A stretch of 64,000 bases of DNA from an uncultured Candidatus Rokubacteria bacterium (GCA_963754315.1 CAVWFS010000011.1:96001-160000); one strand, 5' to 3'; shown: positions 1-9,708, counted from the first letter of the stretch. Numbers and translations: made by a program. Notes: generated by a model not told the origin, from the sequence alone.

Positions 1-1
1 C

Positions 2-541
2 GCCGCGATCCGCGCCCGTGTGGAAACCCTGCCGCAGATTCGTACCGTGGAGATCATCCGCGAGCTCCCTGACCGAGTGACGATCCTCGTCGAGGAGCGC
101 CGGCCGTTCACCTTAATTCATGCGGGGCGACTGCACTGGATAGACGAGGAAGCACGGCTGCTCGGCGAAGAACGGGAGGCCGTTTCGCCGCCGGTGCCCA
201 TCATCAGCGGACTCACCGATGAGGAATTGACCAGCATGCGCTCGGCTCCCGGGGCCAAGGCGCAGGCCGCCATGACCCTCGTGCGCACCTTGATGCGCAG
301 CGGCTCTAGCCTTCTGGCCGAGATCTCCGAGATCGACATGAGTCGCCGGGAGGGTCCGATCCTCTACACGTCGGACGGGATCGAGGTCCGGCTCGGCAAT
401 GAGCAGTGGGAAGAGCGGCTGGCCCGCCTGGAGGGTGTGCTCGGCCAGCTGGCAATCCACGATGGCAAGAGTGGCACGATCACGGCCGTGGACCTGCGCT
501 TCCGCGACCAGGTCGTGCTGCGGAACGGAGGACCGCGATAG
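2..541 (+). CDS. ftsQ: Cell division protein FtsQ/DivIB (5'-partial)
   Basis: POTRA end (RELPDRVTILVEERRP) and C-terminal VDLRFRDQVV; directly upstream of ftsA-ftsZ. Confidence 0.9.
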   Translation, partial: AAIRARVETLPQIRTVEIIRELPDRVTILVEERRPFTLIHAGRLHWIDEEARLLGEEREAVSPPVPIISGLTDEELTSMRSAPGAKAQAAMTLVRTLMRSGSSLLAEISEIDMSRREGPILYTSDGIEVRLGNEQWEERLARLEGVLGQLAIHDGKSGTITAVDLRFRDQVVLRNGGPR

Positions 542-1785
542 CACGCTCGAGGGGTCAGGAAGCCATCGTCGGACTGGACGTTGGTACCACCAAGATCTGT
601 TGTGTCATCGCCGAGCCGACTGCGGCGGGCGGGATCGAGATCACCGGTCTTGCCGCTGCTCCTTCCCGAGGCCTGCGGAAGGGAGTCGTCGTCAACATCG
701 ACTCGACGGTCGAGGCCATCAAGGAAGCGGTAACCCACGCCGAGGAGCAGGCCGGGGTCGAAGTATCGGGTGTCTATGTGGGCGTGGCTGGTGGCCACAT
801 CCGCGGAGTCAACAGCCGGGGTGTGGTGGCCATTGCCGGCAAGCATCGCGAGGTGGACGAGACCGATGTCCAGCGAGCGGTGGATGCTGCCCGGGCCATT
901 AATTTGCCGCAGGACCGCGAAATCATCCACGTGCTCCCACAGACCTTCCTGGTCGACGACCAGGACTGCGTGCGGGAGCCCATCGGCATGTCGGGCGTGC
1001 GCCTGGAGGTCGAGGTGCACATCGTGTCGGGCGCCAGCACGTCCGTCCAGAACGTGATCCGCTCCGTCAACCGCGCGGGCCTCGCCGTGCACGATCTGGT
1101 GCTGGAGCCTTTGGCCTCCGCGGAGGCCGTGCTCTTCGAGGATGAGCGCGAGCTCGGTGTGGTGATCATCGACATCGGGGGGGGGACGACAGACGTGGCC
1201 CTCATCCGGGAAGGGGCAGTCTGGCACACATCCATTCTGCCCTTGGGTGGCGATCACATCACCAACGACATCGCGGTCGGACTGCGCACGCCGGTAGCGG
1301 ATGCCGAGCTGCTCAAGAAGCGCCACGGGGCGGCGCTCGCCGCGCTGGTGCCCGCCGACGAGACCGTCGATGTGCCGTCGGTCGGTGGCCGCAAGCCCCG
1401 CCAGCTATCGCGGCAGGTGCTGGCCGGGATCCTCCAACCACGGGTGGAGGAGATCTTCACGTTGGTGGCGCGCAGTCTCATGCGCAGCGGTTTCGAGGAT
1501 GCCGCCACGGCCGGCTTCGTGGTGACGGGTGGCACGGCAATCATGGAAGGCCTGCCCGAGTTGGCCGAGCGGGTCCTGGGCCAGCCGGTACGCCGCGGCG
1601 CGCCGGCTATCGTTGGTGGCCTCGTGGAGACGGTGAGCGGTCCCATCTACGCCACTGGTGTGGGCCTCGCCCTCTACGGTGCCAAGCGGCCCCTGGCCGG
1701 GGCCGCCTCGATCGACATCGTCGAGAAGAGCCCACTCAGTCGTCTGGGCCGTCGGCTCACGGCCCTGTTCGGAGAAGTTCTCTGA
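538..1785 (+). CDS. ftsA: Cell division protein FtsA; probable ATA start
   Basis: GLDVGTTK and IDIGGGTTD actin-like motifs; GGAGGA at 527-532 precedes an in-frame ATA at 538 that overlaps the ftsQ stop. Confidence 0.95.
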   Translation: MARSRGQEAIVGLDVGTTKICCVIAEPTAAGGIEITGLAAAPSRGLRKGVVVNIDSTVEAIKEAVTHAEEQAGVEVSGVYVGVAGGHIRGVNSRGVVAIAGKHREVDETDVQRAVDAARAINLPQDREIIHVLPQTFLVDDQDCVREPIGMSGVRLEVEVHIVSGASTSVQNVIRSVNRAGLAVHDLVLEPLASAEAVLFEDERELGVVIIDIGGGTTDVALIREGAVWHTSILPLGGDHITNDIAVGLRTPVADAELLKKRHGAALAALVPADETVDVPSVGGRKPRQLSRQVLAGILQPRVEEIFTLVARSLMRSGFEDAATAGFVVTGGTAIMEGLPELAERVLGQPVRRGAPAIVGGLVETVSGPIYATGVGLALYGAKRPLAGAASIDIVEKSPLSRLGRRLTALFGEVL

Positions 1786-1837
1786 CCATCGTTGTGGCGA
1801 GCGGAGGTCTCGGACCATCGTAGCCCCCGCGTAGACC

Positions 1838-1874
1838 GGGGAGGTCTGGAGGGGGGCTCCAACGCTCCCTCCAG
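1838..1874. repeat. G-rich REP-like hairpin between ftsA and ftsZ
   Basis: GGGGAGGT followed by stem CTGGAGGG...CCCTCCAG (1846-1874). Confidence 0.5.
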
Positions 1875-1892
1875 CAACAAGGAGGCAGCTTG

Positions 1893-3056
1893 ATGGAAAA
1901 AGAGCGTGTGCGGCGCCCGCTGTTCGAACTGGAGGATGCTCCGCAGGCGGCGAAGATCAAGGTCATCGGACTCGGTGGCGGCGGCGGCAACGCCATCAGC
2001 CGGATGCTGGAGGCGCAGTTCTCGGGAGTGGATTTCATCGTCGCCAACACCGACAGCCAGGCCCTGCGCACCTCACCGGCGCCAGTGAAGATCCAGCTTG
2101 GCGCCAATGTCACCAAAGGGCTGGGAGCTGGCTCCGATCCCGAGATCGGCCGGCAGGCCGCGCAGGAGAACGCCGATCAGATGGCCCGCCTCCTCGAGGG
2201 CGCTGATATGGTGTTCATCACGGCCGGTCTCGGAGGCGGGACGGGCACCGGCTCGGCGCCGGTGGTGGCCTCGCTCGCCAAGGAGTTGGGCATCCTCACC
2301 GTGGCCGTGGTGACCAAACCGTTCCACTTCGAGGGGCGCCGGCGCATGCACCAGGCGGAGGCAGGACTGGAGGCGCTACGAGGCGTGGTCGACACGCTCA
2401 TCACCATCCCCAATCAGCGCCTGCTCTCCGTGGTCGATCGCGGCACGCCCCTGATGGCCGCCTTCCGGGTCGCCGACACCGTGCTGCAGCAGGCGGTGCA
2501 AGGGATCTCCGACCTGATCCTCGTCCCCGGACTCATCAACCTCGACTTCGCTGACGTGCGCACGATCATGTCGGGGATGGGGATGGCCATGATGGGGACC
2601 GGGGTCGGCCGAGGCGAGGACCGCGCGCTGGACGCCGCCCACAAGGCGATCGCCAGCCCGCTGCTCGACGAGACGTCGATCGAGGGCGCGAAGGGCATCC
2701 TCATCAACTTCACCGGTGGCGCCGACCTCACGGTGCACGAGGTGGAGGAGGCGGCCCGCATCGTCCAGGAAGCGGCCCATGACGAGGCCAACATCATCTT
2801 CGGGGCCGTGATCGATCCGAACATCCAGGACGAGGTGCGGATGACCGTCATCGCCACAGGCTTCGTCGAGCGCAAGGAGATGTTCACGGCGAGCGGTAAG
2901 GTGGTCGACCTGCCGCCACGCGCCAGCCGGATGACACAGCCGACGCCCGGTACCGCGTGGCGCCGTCGGGCAGGCGAGCCACGCCTGGAGGGCGATGATC
3001 CGATGGAGGGCGATGATCTCGACGTCCCGGCCTTCCTGCGACGCCAGGCCGATTGA
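1893..3056 (+). CDS. ftsZ: Cell division protein FtsZ
   Basis: GGGGGNA, GGGTGTG tubulin signature, INLDFADV, C-terminal [18 protein letters not shown] upstream. Confidence 0.99.
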   Translation: MEKERVRRPLFELEDAPQAAKIKVIGLGGGGGNAISRMLEAQFSGVDFIVANTDSQALRTSPAPVKIQLGANVTKGLGAGSDPEIGRQAAQENADQMARLLEGADMVFITAGLGGGTGTGSAPVVASLAKELGILTVAVVTKPFHFEGRRRMHQAEAGLEALRGVVDTLITIPNQRLLSVVDRGTPLMAAFRVADTVLQQAVQGISDLILVPGLINLDFADVRTIMSGMGMAMMGTGVGRGEDRALDAAHKAIASPLLDETSIEGAKGILINFTGGADLTVHEVEEAARIVQEAAHDEANIIFGAVIDPNIQDEVRMTVIATGFVERKEMFTASGKVVDLPPRASRMTQPTPGTAWRRRAGEPRLEGDDPMEGDDLDVPAFLRRQAD

Positions 3057-3880
3057 TTGATATCATGGGGGGCCCCGAAATGGCCCCCCAAACCCCCCAG
3101 CGCTCGGGGTACCCCGGGGAACCCGGGGCGCCCCTCGATTGTGCGCCAGGTTCTGGGGGTCCGCCGCTGTACTTCACGTTTTCGAGCCTGGCGGCGGTTG
3201 GGCTCGCGCATGCGACGACCACGCGGCACTTTCCTGGAACGAGGCCGTTTGGTGATGCGACGTCTCCGTTCCTGCCGGAAGCGCGAGAGGCGCTCGTACC
3301 GGCCGGGCTTGATCTCGCGCAGGTCGCCTACGGGCGCCAGGTGCATGGGGTGGCGCATGCGCGCGTGACGAGCGGGGGACTGGCGGGAACGGTGGACATC
3401 CTCGTCACGACCGCGCGGGGGCTGCCGCTTGCCATCTCGACGGCGGACTGTCTGGCCGTCACCGTCTGTGATCCTGACGCCCCGGCCCTCGCCATCGCGC
3501 ATGTCGGGTGGCGAGGTACTGTGCAGGGCGGCGCCACCGCCACGGTGGCGGCCCTCGACGCCGCCGGCGCACGTGTCGAACGCATGCGCGTGGGCATCGG
3601 GCCCTCGATCGGGCCTTGCTGCTACGAGGTCGACGAGCCGGTCATCGCTCGATTTCGAGAGGCCTATCCCCGGGATTGGGACCGATGGGTGCGCCCGGGG
3701 CGTCCTGGGCACTGGATGCTCGACCTCTGGGCCACGAACGAGGATCTCCTGGTGGCGGCCGGGCTCGCACGCTCGGCCATCGAGAACCCGCGCCTATGCA
3801 CGGCGTGCCAGCCGGATCTGTTCTTTTCGTACCGGAAGGGGCACCGCGGCCGCCTCATCACCGTGGCTGCCCTTCCGTGA
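3053..3880 (+). CDS. pgeF: PgeF/YfiH family (peptidoglycan editing factor / purine nucleoside phosphorylase, laccase-domain)
   Basis: [28 protein letters not shown]...FFSYR motifs; dcw context. Confidence 0.93.
   Translation: MIDIMGGPEMAPQTPQRSGYPGEPGAPLDCAPGSGGPPLYFTFSSLAAVGLAHATTTRHFPGTRPFGDATSPFLPEAREALVPAGLDLAQVAYGRQVHGVAHARVTSGGLAGTVDILVTTARGLPLAISTADCLAVTVCDPDAPALAIAHVGWRGTVQGGATATVAALDAAGARVERMRVGIGPSIGPCCYEVDEPVIARFREAYPRDWDRWVRPGRPGHWMLDLWATNEDLLVAAGLARSAIENPRLCTACQPDLFFSYRKGHRGRLITVAALP
3065..3137 (-). repeat. Inverted copy of the palindromic repeat at 3915-4104, lying inside the pgeF 5' end
   Basis: Ungapped manual alignment to the reverse complement of the 95-bp unit gives 60/73 identity. 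Confidence 0.85.
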
Positions 3881-3883
3881 TGC

Positions 3884-4104
3884 GGGGGCCCTTTCGGGCC
3901 CCCCACCGAGCTCCCAAGAGTGAGCGTGATCCCGAGGCGCGCGCCGGGTGTCCCGGGGCGCGACGAGCGCTGGGGGGCATGGGGGGCCCTTTCGAGGCCC
4001 CCCACCGATCAAGAGTGAGCGTGATCCCGAGGCGCGCGCCGGGTGTCCCGGGGCGCGACGAGCGCTGGGGGGCATGGGGGGCCCTTTCGAGGCCCCCCAC
4101 CGAT
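3884..4104 (+). repeat. Two exact tandem 95-bp REP-like units (3915-4009, 4010-4104) plus a preceding partial hairpin
   Basis: Direct sequence identity; each unit has hairpins CCGGG-TGT-CCCGG and GGGGGGCC-CTTTCGA-GGCCCCCC. Confidence 0.95.
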
Positions 4105-4122
4105 AGTCTAGAATTCACGCCA

Positions 4123-4812
4123 ATGGTGGACGACGACATCCGGAGCAATCTCGAGCAGGTAGGAGAGCGGATTGCGCGCGCGGCCGAGCGAGCGGGGCGG
4201 CGACCCGAAGACGTGCTCCTCATCGCCGTCTCGAAAACGGTGGAGGTGGAGCGGATTCGGCAGGCGGTGGCCGCCGGGGTTCGTGCGCTCGGTGAAAACC
4301 GTGTGCAGGAAGCCAAGGAGAAGGTGACGGAGCTCGGACACCCGGTGCCCTGGCATCTCATCGGCCACCTGCAGACAAACAAAGTCAGGGATGCTCTCAC
4401 GCTCTTCGACGTCATCCAGTCCATCGATCGGCTGGAGCTGGCGCGCGAATGCGACCGGCGCGCGCGCAGTGCAGGGCGCGTGATCGACACCCTCCTGGAA
4501 GTCAACGTCGGGGGCGAGTCCAGCAAAGGCGGCTTCGCCCCCGGCGAGGTGGCGGCGGCCCTGGACGCGCTGGCGGGGCTCGACCATATCCGGCTGCACG
4601 GGCTCATGGCCATCCCACCCGCGGCGGAGCGGGCCGAAGACACACGAGGCTGGTTTCGTCAGCTCCGCGGACTGGCCGAACGCCATGGGCTCAAGGAACT
4701 GTCCATGGGTATGAGCGCCGATTTCGAGGTGGCCATCGAGGAAGGGGCCACCATGGTCCGGGTAGGCACGGCCATCTTCGGCCCACGGCCGCCCCGGGCG
4801 ACGCGCGCGTGA
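4123..4812 (+). CDS. yggS: PLP homeostasis protein YggS/PROSC
   Basis: LIAVSK, GENRVQE, WHLIGHLQTNK, LSMGMS.DF..AIEEGATMVRVGTAIFG. Confidence 0.97.
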   Translation: MVDDDIRSNLEQVGERIARAAERAGRRPEDVLLIAVSKTVEVERIRQAVAAGVRALGENRVQEAKEKVTELGHPVPWHLIGHLQTNKVRDALTLFDVIQSIDRLELARECDRRARSAGRVIDTLLEVNVGGESSKGGFAPGEVAAALDALAGLDHIRLHGLMAIPPAAERAEDTRGWFRQLRGLAERHGLKELSMGMSADFEVAIEEGATMVRVGTAIFGPRPPRATRA

Positions 4813-5633
4813 GCGTCAAGGGGAAGACGATCGGGTTTGTTGGATCGGGCGCCATGGGTGAGGCGCTCATCAAGGGCATCGTGGAAGCAGCCCTGGTCGC
4901 TCCTGACGCGGTCCTCGCCTTCGACGTGCGCACGGAGCGGTTGACGGAGCTGAGCCAGCGCTACGGCATCCGACCGGTCAAGAGCAACGCAGAGGTGATA
5001 CGGGGCGCCGACGTCGTGATCCTGGCCGTGAAGCCACAAATCATGGGATCGGTGCTCAACGATGTCCGCACGGCGCTGGGGCGTCGCAACCTGGTCATCT
5101 CCATCGCGGCCGGCGTGTCAACGGCCAAGTTGCGCGAGACGTTGGGAGCGCCTGCCCGGCTCATCCGCGTGATGCCCAACACGCCGGCACTCGTCCTGGA
5201 AGGGGTCACCGCCATTGCCAAGGGCCAGGGACTGGAAGCCGGCGATCTCGAGACGGCGGAGGAGCTGTTCAGCGCGGTGGGCAAGGTGGTGATCCTCGAC
5301 GAGGAATTGATGGACGCGGTGACCGGACTCTCCGGTTCCGGCCCGGCCTACGTGGCCATCGTGATCGAGGCGCTTGCCGACGGTGGTGTGAGGATGGGGC
5401 TCGACCGCGCCACCGCCATGACCCTGGCCGCTCAGACGGTGCTGGGCGCCGCGCGTCTGCTCATTCAGACCGGGCTCCATCCGGGCGCCCTCAAGGACAT
5501 GGTCAGCTCGCCCGGCGGCACCACCATCGCGGGCATCGCCGCCCTCGAGGAAGGGGGGATCCGGACCACCCTGATCAAGGCAGTGGAGCGAGCCACCCTG
5601 CGCTCTCGTGAGCTGGGCCGAGGGACAGGCTAG
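4809..5633 (+). CDS. proC: Pyrroline-5-carboxylate reductase
   Basis: GFVGSGAMG, LAVKPQ, RVMPNTP, SGSGPAY, SPGGTT; GTG start overlaps the yggS stop. Confidence 0.97.
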   Translation: MSVKGKTIGFVGSGAMGEALIKGIVEAALVAPDAVLAFDVRTERLTELSQRYGIRPVKSNAEVIRGADVVILAVKPQIMGSVLNDVRTALGRRNLVISIAAGVSTAKLRETLGAPARLIRVMPNTPALVLEGVTAIAKGQGLEAGDLETAEELFSAVGKVVILDEELMDAVTGLSGSGPAYVAIVIEALADGGVRMGLDRATAMTLAAQTVLGAARLLIQTGLHPGALKDMVSSPGGTTIAGIAALEEGGIRTTLIKAVERATLRSRELGRGTG

Positions 5634-5932
5634 TGTTCGTCTTCGGTAACCTCCTGGAGACGGTGGCCGCCCTGCTCCACCTCGCCCTGAACATCTACAT
5701 CTGGATCATCATCGCCCGCGCCATCATCTCCTGGGTGAGCCCGGATCCCTCTAACCCGATCGTGCGCTTCCTCTATCGGGTCACCGAGCCCGCGCTCCGG
5801 CCAATCCGGAACCTCCTGCCCATGCAGGGTATCGGGCTCGATCTCTCTCCGATGATCCTGCTCCTGATCATCTACATTCTCGACAGCTTCGTGGTGCGGA
5901 CCCTGCGCGACCTGGCGGCAAGTCTCCGGTAG
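5633..5932 (+). CDS. yggT: YggT family membrane protein
   Basis: RAIISWV.PD..NPIVRFL...TEP and GLDLSP motifs. Confidence 0.93.
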   Translation: MFVFGNLLETVAALLHLALNIYIWIIIARAIISWVSPDPSNPIVRFLYRVTEPALRPIRNLLPMQGIGLDLSPMILLLIIYILDSFVVRTLRDLAASLR

Positions 5933-5949
5933 TTGCAGGAGAGGAGGCC

Positions 5950-6516
5950 ATGCGAATCAATCCCCTCGACATACGACAACAGACATTCACGACACGGATG
6001 TTCAAAGGATTCGATCCAGAGGAAGTCAATGCCTTCCTGGAAGACGCGGCTGAGAGCCTGGAATCGGCCTTGAAAGAGAACGCGCTCCTCAAGGATCAGC
6101 TCCTGGCCATGGAGGAGCGCACCCGGGGTCTCGCCGAACGGGAGAAACTGCTTCAAGACACGCTGACCACTACCCAGCGCCTGGCCGAAGACATGAAGGA
6201 AGGGTCCAAGCGCGAGGCGGCCCTGGTCGTCCGCGAAGGGGAACTCCAGCGGGAGAAGATGCTGGAGGCCGCGCGCGGAGAAGAGGCGCGCATCCTCAAC
6301 AGCGTGCAGACACTCAAGCGGACGCAACGACAGTTGGTGGAAGAACTGCGCGCTACCCTCGAGACCTACCAGCGGTGGATCGCGGACTTTGCCGGGAGAG
6401 TCAGCCGATATTTCCGTCCCGTGACGCGGGAACAACCGTGCGCCTGCGCGTTCAGCCGCGGGCCGCGCGCGACGAGGTGGTGGGTTGGCAGGCGGGAGGA
6501 TTGCGCGTGCGGGTGA
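5950..6516 (+). CDS. divIVA: DivIVA domain protein
   Basis: MRINPLDIRQQTF..RMFKGFDPEEVNAFL followed by coiled coil; C-terminal end uncertain because it overlaps the next gene. Confidence 0.88.
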   Translation: MRINPLDIRQQTFTTRMFKGFDPEEVNAFLEDAAESLESALKENALLKDQLLAMEERTRGLAEREKLLQDTLTTTQRLAEDMKEGSKREAALVVREGELQREKMLEAARGEEARILNSVQTLKRTQRQLVEELRATLETYQRWIADFAGRVSRYFRPVTREQPCACAFSRGPRATRWWVGRREDCACG

Positions 6517-6701
6517 CGGCGCCCCCGGTGGACGGCGAGGCCAATCGGGCGGTGGTCCAGGTACTGGCGCGGGCGCTCGGCGTGCGGGCCGGGACTGTCA
6601 CCCTCGTTCACGGCGCTCGGGGGCGTGACAAGCTCGTGCGGGTGGAGGGCCTGAGCCTGCCCGAGATCGAAGCCCGTCTCGCGCGCGAGGGGGCGCGATG
6701 A
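6438..6701 (+). CDS. DUF167/YggU family protein
   Basis: VRVQPRA-like start, RVRVTAPPVDGEAN, G...RDK. Confidence 0.88.
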   Translation: MRLRVQPRAARDEVVGWQAGGLRVRVTAPPVDGEANRAVVQVLARALGVRAGTVTLVHGARGRDKLVRVEGLSLPEIEARLAREGAR

Positions 6702-7732
6702 GCACACCGGTATCGGCGATCTGCCCCGTTCGCTGGGAGGGCGATCGGCTCGTGCTGCTCGATCAGACGCGGCTTCCGGGGGTCGAGGTCGTGCGGGAGT
6801 ACACCCGCTGGCAGGACGTGGCGGAGGCGATCCGGACGCTCGTTGTGCGAGGCGCCCCGGCCATCGGGGTGGCGGCGGCGTTCGGGCTGGCTCTGGCTGC
6901 GCGCCAGAGCGCGGCCCCGAGCTTCGATCCGCTCCTCGACGATCTGGAAACGGCCAGCAAAGGGTTGGCCGCCACTCGGCCCACGGCCGTCAATCTCTTC
7001 TGGGCGCTCGAGCGCATGAAGCACGTGGCGCTCGCCTCGCGTCCGCTGCCGCTCGACACCATCCGCGCGCGGTTACTGGCGGAAGCGGAGACGATTCGCG
7101 AGGAAGACATTCGCGCCAACCGGGCCATGGGCGAGCACGGCGCCGCGCTGGTGCCCGCCGGCGCGCGCATTCTCACTCATTGCAACGCCGGCGCTCTGGC
7201 CACCGCCGGGTACGGCACCGCGCTCGGCGTGGTGCGTTCTGCGCATGCGCAAGGCAAGGTGGCGCTCGTGTGGGTGGACGAGACTCGTCCCGTGATGCAG
7301 GGTTCGCGGTTGACGGCCTGGGAGTGCGTGCAAGAGGGTATTCCGCATCGGCTGATCGCCGACGTGGCGGCCGCCTCCGTGATGGCGCGCGGTGAGGTCG
7401 ATCTCGTGGTGACCGGCGCCGACCGTATCGCCGCCAACGGGGACACCGCGAACAAGATCGGTACCTATGCGCTGGCGGTCCTCGCCCACCACCATCGCGT
7501 GCCGTTCTACGTGGCGGCGCCGTTCTCTACCATCGACCCTTCGCTCGCCACCGGCGCCTCGATTCCCATCGAGGAACGCGCGGCCGCCGAGGTGCGTGGC
7601 CTGGGCGGCGCCCTGACCGCTCCCGCCGACTCGCCCGTCTACAATCCGGCCTTCGACATGACACCCGCGAGGTTCATCGCCGCCATCATCACCGAGCGCG
7701 GCGTGTTTCGTCCCCCCTACCAGTTCAGCTGA
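6698..7732 (+). CDS. mtnA: S-methyl-5-thioribose-1-phosphate isomerase
   Basis: LLDQTRLP, VRGAPAIG, RPTAVNL, THCNAGALAT, ETRP, GADRIAANGDTANKIGTY. Confidence 0.97.
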   Translation: MSTPVSAICPVRWEGDRLVLLDQTRLPGVEVVREYTRWQDVAEAIRTLVVRGAPAIGVAAAFGLALAARQSAAPSFDPLLDDLETASKGLAATRPTAVNLFWALERMKHVALASRPLPLDTIRARLLAEAETIREEDIRANRAMGEHGAALVPAGARILTHCNAGALATAGYGTALGVVRSAHAQGKVALVWVDETRPVMQGSRLTAWECVQEGIPHRLIADVAAASVMARGEVDLVVTGADRIAANGDTANKIGTYALAVLAHHHRVPFYVAAPFSTIDPSLATGASIPIEERAAAEVRGLGGALTAPADSPVYNPAFDMTPARFIAAIITERGVFRPPYQFS

Positions 7733-7773
7733 GCGACGAGCGGGACGCGACCGGGTCGAGCAAGGTCGGACGC

Positions 7774-9312
7774 ATGGCCACGAACGACGAGATCGGAATT
7801 GCCCGGGACTTTCACGACGGCACCGCCCACTCTCGTGTCTCGGTCCGCTCGAGCGGCCACACCCTCGACTGGGACATCAAGCCCTTTCCGTTCAAGGTCT
7901 ACACGGATCTGACGGCGCTGTCGCTCCCCCGTGACTTCGATGCGGTGACCCTCGATACCCTGCCCGCTCTGGGGGCAGCCCCGGTGGCTCCGGTCGGGCA
8001 TGTCACCTTGCCGATGGTGGCGGCGCTGCTCTACTTCGCAGCGGGGGTAACCAAGAGGAAGACGTACCCGGGAGGCGGCGAGGTACTGTTCCGGGCCGCT
8101 CCGTCGACGGGCGCGCTCTTCCAGACCGAGGTCTATCTGGTCGCAGGAGACGTGGGTGGCCTTGAGGCTGGGCTGTATCACTTTTGTCCCGGTGATTTCT
8201 CGTTGCGACGGCTGCGGGCCGGCGATGTGCGGGGGGTCCTGGGTGAGGCTGCCGTCGATCCGGCACTCGCGGGGCGCGCGGCCACGCTGATCCTCTCGGC
8301 CATCTACTGGCGCAATACCTGGAAGTACCAGGCCCGAGGGTACCGACACCTGTTCTGGGACTCGGGGACGATGCTCGCCAACCTGCTCGCCACCGCCAGC
8401 GCCCTCGGCGCCGCTCCGAGGGTCGTCACCGCCTTCGCCGATGACCAGGTCAACGCGTTGCTGGGTCTCGACCCGGACCGAGAGGCCGCGCTCGAGCTGG
8501 TGGCGCTCGGCCCCGAGGGAGCGGCAGCGCCCGTGAGAGGCCTCGATGCCATCGCTCATCCGATCATGCCGCTGTCCTCGAGCGAGGTCGACTACCCGCG
8601 ATTGCGCGCGATCCACGTGGCGTCGGGCCTGGACTCGCCGAGCGCGGTGCGCGCCTGGCGGGCAGCCGTTCCGCCTCCGCCGCGGCGCCCCCTGGGAACC
8701 CTGACGGCACTGCCCGAACCTCGCCGCACCGCGGGACGGTCCCTTGGTGAGACCATTCAGCATCGCGGCTCGACCCGTCAGTTCAGCCGGGACCCGATCA
8801 GCGCCGTCGACCTGTCAACCGTGCTCTGGGCGACCGCCCGTCCTTTGGAGGCCGACGTGCCGTCGAGGCTGGTGGATCCCTACCTCATCGTCAACGCAGT
8901 GGACGGGGTGACGCCGGGGAGCTATCGCTACTGGCCCGACGAACACGCGCTCGAGCTGCTCACGGCCGGCGACCATCGTCGCCAGTCAGCCTACCTATGC
9001 CTCGATCAGTCGCTCGGGGGTGATGCGGCGGCGGTGCTCTACTTCCTGGCACCCCTCGATGCTCTGCTGCGCGCTTTCGGTAACCGGGGCTATCGTCTGG
9101 CCAACCTCGAGGCGGGCCTGATGGGCGGGCGCGCCTACCTGGCCGCCTATGCCCAGCGCTTAGGCGCGACCGGGCTGACCTTCTACGATGACGAGGTCGT
9201 GCGCTTCTTCTCACCGCACGCGGCCGGACTGGACGCGATCTTCGTCACCGCGTTCGGGCGCGCCGCCCCCGCCGTCCGCGCCGAGGTGCGCTCGCTGCTC
9301 CACGCCCGCTGA
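7774..9312 (+). CDS. SagB/ThcOx-type nitroreductase-family oxidoreductase (two tandem domains)
   Basis: RAAPSTGAL, WRNTWKYQARGYRH, second domain RGSTRQF...RGYR.A.LEAG. Confidence 0.85.
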   Translation: MATNDEIGIARDFHDGTAHSRVSVRSSGHTLDWDIKPFPFKVYTDLTALSLPRDFDAVTLDTLPALGAAPVAPVGHVTLPMVAALLYFAAGVTKRKTYPGGGEVLFRAAPSTGALFQTEVYLVAGDVGGLEAGLYHFCPGDFSLRRLRAGDVRGVLGEAAVDPALAGRAATLILSAIYWRNTWKYQARGYRHLFWDSGTMLANLLATASALGAAPRVVTAFADDQVNALLGLDPDREAALELVALGPEGAAAPVRGLDAIAHPIMPLSSSEVDYPRLRAIHVASGLDSPSAVRAWRAAVPPPPRRPLGTLTALPEPRRTAGRSLGETIQHRGSTRQFSRDPISAVDLSTVLWATARPLEADVPSRLVDPYLIVNAVDGVTPGSYRYWPDEHALELLTAGDHRRQSAYLCLDQSLGGDAAAVLYFLAPLDALLRAFGNRGYRLANLEAGLMGGRAYLAAYAQRLGATGLTFYDDEVVRFFSPHAAGLDAIFVTAFGRAAPAVRAEVRSLLHAR

Positions 9313-9611
9313 CCCGCTCCGGAGATGGGGCCCGGTGGACTGCAGAATTCGACCTCCGGCCGCGACCATAGGGTGCAAGTTCCTCTCTCACCACCTGCCG
9401 GACGATGTCGAGCATCGAGCGCCGGTGGACGTACTCGAGTAGCGCTTCGTTTATCAGGGTTTGGTAGTTGCCCCCGCCGGCCTTGTCTACCACCCCACGA
9501 AAGTAATCGAGGATTGTGTTGTCCAAGCGGATTGAGATCTTGGTCTTGCCGGGCTCGGGTCGAACGGCGGGCCCGCGCTTAGCGCCCTCGAAGTCGATGT
9601 GCTCGCTTCAC
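9245..9611 (-). pseudogene. BrnA-type antitoxin with a 1-nt frameshift right after the GTG start; no toxin gene adjacent
   Basis: HIDFEGAKRG...GKTKISIRLD..ILDYFR......GGNYQTLINEAL; GTG AAG at 9611 is one base out of frame. Confidence 0.75.
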
Positions 9612-9708
9612 GTTCAATCCCGCTGAGAATGGCAGGGCGTCGAACGGCTCAGCGAGGGTGCTATGCTGACGTGGTGCGCATGCGACGCGTGTTCCCCGGG
9701 AGGATGGA

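Noticed and set aside
3884..4104. Possible CRISPR array
   Set aside because: Units are fully identical with no unique spacers, and there are no cas genes in the window.
7774..9312. SagB-like gene as part of a RiPP (azole) cluster
   Set aside because: No YcaO, precursor peptide or transporter adjacent; stand-alone SagB-like genes are common.
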